Source: Candidatus Saccharibacteria bacterium oral taxon 488 (lineage in GTDB: Bacteria > Patescibacteriota > Saccharimonadia > Saccharimonadales > Saccharimonadaceae). Taken from it: 32,000 bases of DNA. Of this stretch, positions 21,228 through 26,972 are shown in pieces. Every line of letters starts with the position of its first letter. Position 1 is the first letter of the stretch. The notes under the pieces were generated by a model. That model did not search any database. It had not been told where the DNA came from and saw only the letters and a list, made by a program, of their open reading frames with translations. Where the stretch lies: positions 600,001 to 632,000 of the forward strand of contig CP047921.1 in NCBI GenBank assembly GCA_010202845.1, written 5' to 3'. The position numbers were made by a program, and so were the translations under genes.

Positions 21228-22274
21228 CTAGTGGATAAAGTTATACCGACCAACTTCAGACATCGGGATTGTTCGATGCGTCACGACGTTATACCCAGCA
21301 TAATTCATGTCGCTAACGTAGATCGTGCCACCTTCAACCCGCTCGACCATACCGACATGGCCAAGACCACCGCCGCCCCATGTCGTCTGGAAGATTGCCC
21401 CTGGTGCTGGTGTATGATTAACAACAAAACCTGCTGCCCGAGCACTTGCCGCCCACGACGTTGCGTTGCCCCAGAAACTACCGATTGGTCGACCAAGTGC
21501 TGCTCGCCGCTCGTACACATACCACGTACAGTTGCCAAGAGCGTATCGATTGCCAACTGATGCTCGAGCGTAACCATAGCTGATACCACTGACTGCGCCG
21601 CCCGTTGTCCGCCCTGCATAACCCCGACGGCCCGAGCGCGACGCCACGTAACCTGGCTGCTCATTTTCTGGCAACACACCGCCTGGCAAGACAATCCGCG
21701 TATCTTTAGCCAGTGCCGCCCCACTTGCCAAGTCGTTATACAATGCCACTCGTTCAGGATTTGCTTTATACTTTTCTGCCAATTTTTCGATGGTGTCGCC
21801 GTCCTTAACAGTGTAGACCACACCATCAACCATCGGAATAATCAATGTCTTGCCGGCTTCAACCGCATCAGATGTCGTATTGTTCGCCCAGCGCACCGTC
21901 TGTGCTGTCACGTTAAACTTCTTGGCAATAGAATTAATCGTATCACCCTGTTTGGTGACATAAGTCTTGATCCCGCGCTGGGCCGACTTTTCTGGCTGGA
22001 CGATTTGTGGCTTGGAGATAACTTCAGTATCGCCCTGAGCCAGTTCTTTTTTGATCGACAGTGTTGCCGTCGCTTCGCGCAAGTCACCCGCAGTCGGCAG
22101 ATTAACTGTCTCAGCTAGATCAGTTACCGCATTAGCAGCCGCTAGCTGGTCTACCGAGACCTTATTGGCCTTATTCGTCTCATGAGCTGGGCCAGTAGAC
22201 GGTGCGACCGGCTGGGAGGCGGACACCGAGCCCTGCCGGCTGGCAACCCCGCCCGTTTGGTAGCTCAATGCCAA
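21228..22274 (-). CDS. LysM-repeat / CHAP-domain peptidoglycan hydrolase
   Basis: Two LysM repeats (YVTKQGDTINSIAKKFNVTAQTVRWAN and YTVKDGDTIEKLAEKYKANPERVALYN). C-terminal CHAP domain with the catalytic Cys in GNCTWYVYERR and His in GHVGMVERV. The TTG at 22274 is the first canonical start, but the reading frame stays open upstream to 22382 and encodes a signal anchor (see findings), so the true start is probably upstream. Confidence 0.88.
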   Translation of the reverse strand: MALSYQTGGVASRQGSVSASQPVAPSTGPAHETNKANKVSVDQLAAANAVTDLAETVNLPTAGDLREATATLSIKKELAQGDTEVISKPQIVQPEKSAQRGIKTYVTKQGDTINSIAKKFNVTAQTVRWANNTTSDAVEAGKTLIIPMVDGVVYTVKDGDTIEKLAEKYKANPERVALYNDLASGAALAKDTRIVLPGGVLPENEQPGYVASRSGRRGYAGRTTGGAVSGISYGYARASVGNRYALGNCTWYVYERRAALGRPIGSFWGNATSWAASARAAGFVVNHTPAPGAIFQTTWGGGGLGHVGMVERVEGGTIYVSDMNYAGYNVVTHRTIPMSEVGRYNFIH

Positions 22275-22566
22275 AAATGAAATAACTAACAGAAAAATCC
22301 CACCGTACGCCGATACTGCGCTTAACTTGAGTTTTTTGCCCCGACGGGCAGATACTTGATTACGAATAACGCTTCTCCCGTGTCAATGTCTCCATCAACA
22401 CTGACTACCGTACTAAGTCTTTCTTCTCGCACAAGAACAGGATGCATTGTCGACCTAATAATTAGTTGATATTGCTAAACGATTAGTTTTCCGCATCCGT
22501 GCGACCGTTCTGGTAGGCCCGCGCGCTTACACGGCGTATACCCTGTATGAGCGCAAGCTTATTCCC

Positions 22567-22596
22567 ATTATACGCGATCCTCTCATAATTTGTCAA
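22567..22596 (-). promoter_or_regulatory. consensus sigma70 promoter TTGACA-18 nt-TATAAT facing the LysM-CHAP gene
   Basis: The minus strand reads TTGACA (22596-22591), an 18-nt spacer, then TATAAT (22572-22567). It overlaps the stop region of the upstream membrane-protein gene. The predicted TSS is near 22560. Confidence 0.55.
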
Positions 22597-23429
22597 TGCT
22601 TTATCTTGTAATACACCTCGCCCTTTAGCATATACACCAGCCCAATAACAAAGCTCAAGATGACTGCATATGGCACCACCGCAGACATCGCCATCATCAT
22701 CGCAAAGAGAATGGTGGCGGGAGTAATATACAAAAGTGTCATGACAAACATGAACGCACATATGAGTGCGAACGGCACTCGCACCATCAAGGTCACGCCA
22801 ATCTTGCGACAACGTAGTCCCCGCTCCTGCTTGGTTTTCTCCGCCTCAGATAGTTGGTCAGCTGAACGCGGCTGCCAATATGGCGCCTCCTTAGCCATCA
22901 TGATAATTTTCCACAGCCACAGTGAACCAATAGTCGTACATACCACCATCAGCAAAATAACCGGGAGCGAGCCATTAAAAGCCAGGATAGCGCCGAATGC
23001 CGTGTGAGCAGCTTCTCGAAATGCCGAACTAAATGGGCCAACTTGAGAGATATAGAGCAGCGCCAATACAATGAACTGCACCAGCGGATACACTACAGTC
23101 ATAGCGAGTGCAGCGATGCGCTGCTGGTACTGATCGGTTCGACGAGACTGTTTCAGTAGAATGAGGCCTTGGACGAGGAGCGACGCGATAGCCATGTCAA
23201 CAATAATCAAAGCTAATGGCATGTGGACGTTTATAAAATATACCGGCAGCCAGCATATAAATACTGCTGCCGAGAGAACAAGCATTGCTGCTTCAATAAT
23301 AATGACTGCCTCGTACCGAATGTTACGCTCTGGCGAGAGCACGGCCTGCTTCTTTCGTTTCCTCTTGGTGGCTGGCGTCTTTGTCATGTAGTATCCGAAC
23401 GGAATAATATCCCCTGTATGGTGAGCCAA
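22593..23429 (-). CDS. hypothetical polytopic membrane protein
   Basis: 278 aa with about 7-8 hydrophobic segments and a basic N-terminus (KRKRKK). The track start is a TTG at 23429; the ATG at 23387 (MTKTPATKRKRKK...) is an alternative. No recognisable family motif. Confidence 0.6.
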   Translation of the reverse strand: MAHHTGDIIPFGYYMTKTPATKRKRKKQAVLSPERNIRYEAVIIIEAAMLVLSAAVFICWLPVYFINVHMPLALIIVDMAIASLLVQGLILLKQSRRTDQYQQRIAALAMTVVYPLVQFIVLALLYISQVGPFSSAFREAAHTAFGAILAFNGSLPVILLMVVCTTIGSLWLWKIIMMAKEAPYWQPRSADQLSEAEKTKQERGLRCRKIGVTLMVRVPFALICAFMFVMTLLYITPATILFAMMMAMSAVVPYAVILSFVIGLVYMLKGEVYYKIKH

Positions 23430-23497
23430 CCAATATAAATGTGGAACTCCTTTTTCGCGATTTGTTTGTGCTGCGGGATCGCTTTAAGGAGCTTGGT

Positions 23498-23554
23498 ATG
23501 GTTATCAAAAATGGCGAGGTGTATTTGCCGGATTTGGAGGAGCGCGATGTTTAA
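23498..23554 (+). CDS. 18-codon upstream ORF overlapping the PLD start (MVIKNGEVYLPDLEERDV)
   Basis: AAGGAG lies 6 nt upstream of the ATG at 23498. Its TAA stop (23552-23554) overlaps the PLD ATG at 23547 within ATGTTTAA. It could be a coupling uORF or a frameshift remnant. Confidence 0.25.
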   Translation: MVIKNGEVYLPDLEERDV

Positions 23555-24008
23555 TTTGCGAAAATCGAGCTCAAAACTCTACGACCAGAACACTTTTGAC
23601 GACCAGTTTATGCGCGACTTACGAAGAGCTCGAAAAAGCGTTATTATCGAAAGCCCGTTCCTCAGAACTGCCCGAGTTGAAAGATTCATCTCGATATTTC
23701 ATCGGCTCAAAAAGCGTGGCGTGGCAATATTACTTAACACCAAACCGCTTGAAGAACACTATGAAATATACAAATTGCAAGTCCAAAAATCTCTAAGTTT
23801 ACTACAATCTGCGGGTGTCGACGTTCTTTTTACAGTCAAACATCACCGTAAATTAGCCATCATTGATAGGCAGGTTATTTACGAAGGCAGCTTAAATATT
23901 CTCTCATATCACGATAGTTGTGAGATAATGAGGAGGACGACATCTACACTCGAAGCGGAAATGTTGATAGATTTTATCGGCTTAAATAAATTTATGGAGG
24001 TGAAATAA
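23547..24008 (+). CDS. PLD-family (single HKD) nuclease-like protein
   Basis: HKD motif HHRKLAIID (HxKxxxxD) followed by EGSLN (GSxN) in a 153-aa protein. GGAGGA Shine-Dalgarno lies 7 nt upstream of the ATG at 23547. The longer track ORF starting at 23439 has no Shine-Dalgarno and a Cys/Trp-rich junk-like N-terminus. Confidence 0.8.
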   Translation: MFNLRKSSSKLYDQNTFDDQFMRDLRRARKSVIIESPFLRTARVERFISIFHRLKKRGVAILLNTKPLEEHYEIYKLQVQKSLSLLQSAGVDVLFTVKHHRKLAIIDRQVIYEGSLNILSYHDSCEIMRRTTSTLEAEMLIDFIGLNKFMEVK

Positions 24009-24010
24009 TT

Positions 24011-24238
24011 ATGAACAACGAGGACACGATCAAAAATCTTCATCTGTACGAAGACGAAGAAACGATTCAGAAAACGATCCACTACCTGGAGCTTCACGAC
24101 CCAGACAATGCCAATCGCGAATACGCGGTCGGATTTCTGAAATTCATGCAGCGATTTGCGCATGTCGCTAGCAGGAGTGAAGGGTTTGATCTTGAGGGGC
24201 TTTTGAAGAAGTACAAGAAACAGGACAGTGCCTCTTAA
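24011..24238 (+). CDS. small acidic hypothetical protein, partner of the PLD nuclease
   Basis: 75 aa. Its ATG is 2 nt after the PLD stop, with GGAGGTGA 6 nt upstream (inside the PLD 3' end), which indicates translational coupling. The N-terminus is acidic (NNEDTIKNLHLYEDEETIQ...HDPDN). No recognisable motif. Confidence 0.6.
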   Translation: MNNEDTIKNLHLYEDEETIQKTIHYLELHDPDNANREYAVGFLKFMQRFAHVASRSEGFDLEGLLKKYKKQDSAS

Positions 24239-24258
24239 TAGACTTCAACGCGGCGGTG

Positions 24259-25965
24259 CTAAAAAGTTACACCCAGTAATGTGCCGTGCTCGTCTTTGTC
24301 GTTAAACCTTGCGATAATGTATTTGCTAAGGTTATCGGTAAATTCTTCCGGTAGAGAGTCATACGGCATATACCCAGAATTCATGGAGCAAATATACTGA
24401 AAGTCTAACGACTCGGCTTTGCTACTAGAAATTTCTAGAGCTTTTGCTACCTGTCTAGGATCTACGTCTGCAAATATTTTTGAATCGTGGAATAAGGGAA
24501 ATTCTCTGTGACGTATAGTAGACCAATATTCAGCTAGCATAAGATCGTAGCAGAACACCTTCATACTACTAACGCCGTCGCTGCCAGCTTTTTTAATATC
24601 AATTTTAAACTTATAGCCTTCTTTATCTACATCAATAGAGAGTGTCCCGGGCTGTTCGTACAAAAATCGAGAGTTTGAATTAAATAAACGTATAGCTGTT
24701 GATATTAGCGGCTGGTCTCCGTTATATTCCTGCCACATCTTTGATATAACATCGCTAATCTCTATTCGTATGTCATCAATCCTTGACTTAATCTCCGTGA
24801 GTCGAGAAATTCTGCTCTCTATGTCTGCTATCTTGGTCTTGCTTTTGTTGACTTCATCTTGAAGTTTTGTATATTCATCAAGAGCTCCATGTGTCTTTAG
24901 TATATTCAAATAGCCAGCTCTCTCATTTGAGAGTTTTTCCATTTTGTTATCCAAAGCTCTGTTTTTTGTTACATATAGCTCGATCTCGCTTTCTAGATAA
25001 TTTTTCCTGTTAAGTACTACGTCTCTGTGAAAATTAATCACCTCATCGAGTGTGCGTAGAGAGGATTTTTCAAAGACGGCGCCCGCTGCTTCGTATATTT
25101 GCTCTATTTTTATATCATCACCGTTTTCATTTTTTAAACTGTCTTTGTATCTCTCTACTATTTGAGAGTTTATAGTGATTTCATTGATAATATCGTGGAT
25201 TTCTTTAGTTAAAGTGTCTGCTTTAGCCTGTATATCTCTATAGTCTTCGTGAACTTGAAAATTTTCTAGTCTTTTCATCTTCTCCGCAAGTTGCAACTCA
25301 ACGTCTATTTTCTCTGAGTTCAAATCGCCCACCGTACCTCCAAACGCATCAAAAGCACCCGTTTCAATAGCTTTGTTTGCACTATCTAATTTTTTAAATT
25401 CAGATTTGAGTTGCGAGAATTTGACAGATAGCTGCCAATTTAATCCTAGCAGAAAAGCGGTATTGTTATCTCTAGATAGTGCTTTCTGCCGAGCAAAGCA
25501 TAAGAAAGGATCAGAGAATGCGCCATCATCAGTTCTCATGAAGTACGACGCCAATGTGCGATACGTAGGGTGATTGCTTTTGTCTTTTACTTCACGTACA
25601 CTAACACCAAACAATTTCTCTCCTAAGGTTAGACAAACTTCATCTGCGCTAATATCTTCAACTCCTAGCGCCACTATGTATTTTTTGTGATCATTTACTG
25701 CTCGCTTGAGAACAACCTCTTCTCCGTCTATCTCGATAGTCAAGCTGAATACCCAATCTTTCATCTCTTCTTTTTTAAGAGTTTTTGACGGCTTACCTCC
25801 CAGGCAATAATTTACAATTTCAAGCAATAGCGTTTTACCTAAGCCATTAGTGGAATGCTTGTCGCTGGAGTCTTGGTCGCGGTCGGCTATGATTATATTA
25901 AAACCTCTACGAAATTGTATGGTTTTAAAACTGCTTTTGTTTGCGCTTAATTTAACTAATTTCAT
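24259..25965 (-). CDS. ABC/SMC-like ATPase with coiled-coil insert (DUF2326-like; ABC-3C ATPase component)
   Basis: 568 aa. N-terminal beta-strand plus Walker A: FNIIIADRD...STNGLGKTLLLEIVNYCLGG. The central stretch of about 200 aa is heptad-rich and charged (LQLAEKMKRLENFQVHEDYRDIQAKADTLTKEIHDIINEI...IADIESRISRLTEIKSRIDDIRIEI). The C-terminal head carries a signature-like AGSDGVSSMKVFCYDLMLAEY and a Walker B-like EFPLFHDSKIF. Confidence 0.85.
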   Translation of the reverse strand: MKLVKLSANKSSFKTIQFRRGFNIIIADRDQDSSDKHSTNGLGKTLLLEIVNYCLGGKPSKTLKKEEMKDWVFSLTIEIDGEEVVLKRAVNDHKKYIVALGVEDISADEVCLTLGEKLFGVSVREVKDKSNHPTYRTLASYFMRTDDGAFSDPFLCFARQKALSRDNNTAFLLGLNWQLSVKFSQLKSEFKKLDSANKAIETGAFDAFGGTVGDLNSEKIDVELQLAEKMKRLENFQVHEDYRDIQAKADTLTKEIHDIINEITINSQIVERYKDSLKNENGDDIKIEQIYEAAGAVFEKSSLRTLDEVINFHRDVVLNRKNYLESEIELYVTKNRALDNKMEKLSNERAGYLNILKTHGALDEYTKLQDEVNKSKTKIADIESRISRLTEIKSRIDDIRIEISDVISKMWQEYNGDQPLISTAIRLFNSNSRFLYEQPGTLSIDVDKEGYKFKIDIKKAGSDGVSSMKVFCYDLMLAEYWSTIRHREFPLFHDSKIFADVDPRQVAKALEISSSKAESLDFQYICSMNSGYMPYDSLPEEFTDNLSKYIIARFNDKDEHGTLLGVTF

Positions 25966-26194
25966 GTTTTTTATTTTTTTCGATTACTCCATTATTATAC
26001 AGTATAGCTCCGGAGGAGTACAGTAACACCAGAGCTGCAATAAACTTCTCAAACGTACCTATTTCTTCATATACCTTCACTTTGCTCCATAACGAACTCA
26101 CTGTTTCAACTGAATCTATGTTTTGAAGAAGTATTGCACCAACTCCAACGACCGAAAACCCCACGCGAATAGTTTTATCTGGAAGTATTATCAT
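25952..26194 (-). CDS. small 80-aa protein (candidate ABC-3C middle component)
   Basis: Its start overlaps the HNH stop in ATGA (26194-26191), and its 3' end overlaps the ATPase start by 14 nt. It has two hydrophobic stretches (VGFSVVGVGAILL, FIAALVLLYSSGAIL), so a membrane protein cannot be excluded. The functional call rests on operon position only. Confidence 0.6.
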   Translation of the reverse strand: MIILPDKTIRVGFSVVGVGAILLQNIDSVETVSSLWSKVKVYEEIGTFEKFIAALVLLYSSGAILYNNGVIEKNKKHEIS

Positions 26195-26925
26195 TTTTCA
26201 AACACCTCACATAGCTGAAAATAGTAGGCCACTATTCCGTAAGCTGCAGCCATATGACGAGGGTCGCTACTGTCGCTAGAGGCTGCTTGCACTAGAGAGT
26301 AAAATATAGCATCCCCGTTATCAGTATCTCTTCTTAAATTTTTATACTTTTGTACAAAAAATACCCTTAATTTTTCTGGATAGTCTTCGCTAGCATTTTT
26401 GTTTAAAAAATTATCAATCAGCGATACAGAAGCCATGCCCATTTTTAACATCTGCTCTGTCTGCAGACTTAGACTATTTTTGTGCACTTTATCCTTTATA
26501 GGTATCAGTCCAAAGTCTTCGCTATCGTATTTCAAAGGAGGGTTATCTATTATGTGCCGAAGAGTTTCCTCGAGTTCTCTAAATGTGATTGTCGGTAAGC
26601 TTCTCTTTATGGCTCGCTCAATGCGCTCCTCATGCAAAGATTTGATTTCATGAAGATAGTCAACAGAGTATTGTACTGCACTCTTATCAATAATAGTGTG
26701 ACATGTTGGACAGAGAAGAATAAGATTATTATAGGAATGACGTTCGATATCACTCTGACTGTCATCGTAGCGTGCAGAATTCGGCCTATGCCCCTTAATA
26801 TGAGCCATTTCTCCTACAGGAATCAGTGTGTCAGTTTGACGCTCAACTACTAGGTTATTGCACATTGCACAGAGACTGCCACTTTTTGCCCATAGAATTT
26901 TCATGCTTGATTGAGGAATACCCAT
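26191..26925 (-). CDS. HNH endonuclease with C-terminal helical domain (candidate ABC-3C effector)
   Basis: The treble-clef HNH is CAMCNN...MAHIKGH...YNNLILLCPTCHTIIDK: two CxxC pairs, a catalytic His, and an Asn. A helical region of about 150 aa follows, ending AAAYGIVAYYFQLCEVFEK. Confidence 0.85.
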   Translation of the reverse strand: MGIPQSSMKILWAKSGSLCAMCNNLVVERQTDTLIPVGEMAHIKGHRPNSARYDDSQSDIERHSYNNLILLCPTCHTIIDKSAVQYSVDYLHEIKSLHEERIERAIKRSLPTITFRELEETLRHIIDNPPLKYDSEDFGLIPIKDKVHKNSLSLQTEQMLKMGMASVSLIDNFLNKNASEDYPEKLRVFFVQKYKNLRRDTDNGDAIFYSLVQAASSDSSDPRHMAAAYGIVAYYFQLCEVFEK

Positions 26926-26934
26926 TTGTCTATT

Positions 26935-26943
26935 ATTGTATCA
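26935..26943 (-). promoter_or_regulatory. extended -10 (TGaTACAAT) 9 nt upstream of the HNH ATG
   Basis: The minus strand reads TGATACAAT-AATAGACAA-ATG, inside the 47-nt gap after the coupling-ATPase stop. No Shine-Dalgarno is present. Confidence 0.4.
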
Positions 26944-26972
26944 CTCGATACTGCTTGTGCCTAGCTGAAGCC

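Larger units (their letters stand above)
23440..26950. other. low-GC accessory island (PLD cassette plus HNH/small/ATPase operon)
   Basis: Hand G+C counts of sampled 60-nt lines inside the island: 21/60 at 23761, 19/60 at 24961, 18/60 at 25141 and 21/60 at 26401. Core-gene lines give 34/60 at 7201 and 39/60 at 15001. The boundaries are approximate. Confidence 0.55.

Noticed and set aside
22322-22340. Programmed or slippage frameshift at the A6 run (22337-22332) joining the 41-codon ORF to the LysM-CHAP frame
   Set aside because: The hydrolase frame already encodes the sensible basic pre-TM residues (RNQVSARRGKK) upstream of the A-run, so any frame junction would have to lie further upstream, where there is no slippery sequence. 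It is kept only as an indel possibility in the findings.
22448-22560. c-di-AMP (ydaO-type) riboswitch, which often precedes cell-wall hydrolase genes
   Set aside because: I could not find the conserved ACGGGG / GGGGU.AAUC / CCGA.AGCUAA-type blocks on the minus strand. The leader may still be structured, but no known riboswitch class is supported by eye. A cmscan is needed.
22483-22812. 109-aa minus-strand ORF overlapping the 3' end of the membrane-protein gene
   Set aside because: It is out of frame within the 278-aa membrane-protein gene and runs across the consensus promoter and leader. It has no Shine-Dalgarno and an implausible composition.
25952-26194. The 80-aa protein as a holin-like or membrane effector
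   Set aside because: The two hydrophobic stretches are interrupted by polar residues, and the gene sits exactly where ABC-3C middle components are found. The membrane option is noted as a caveat but is not preferred. Topology prediction would settle it.
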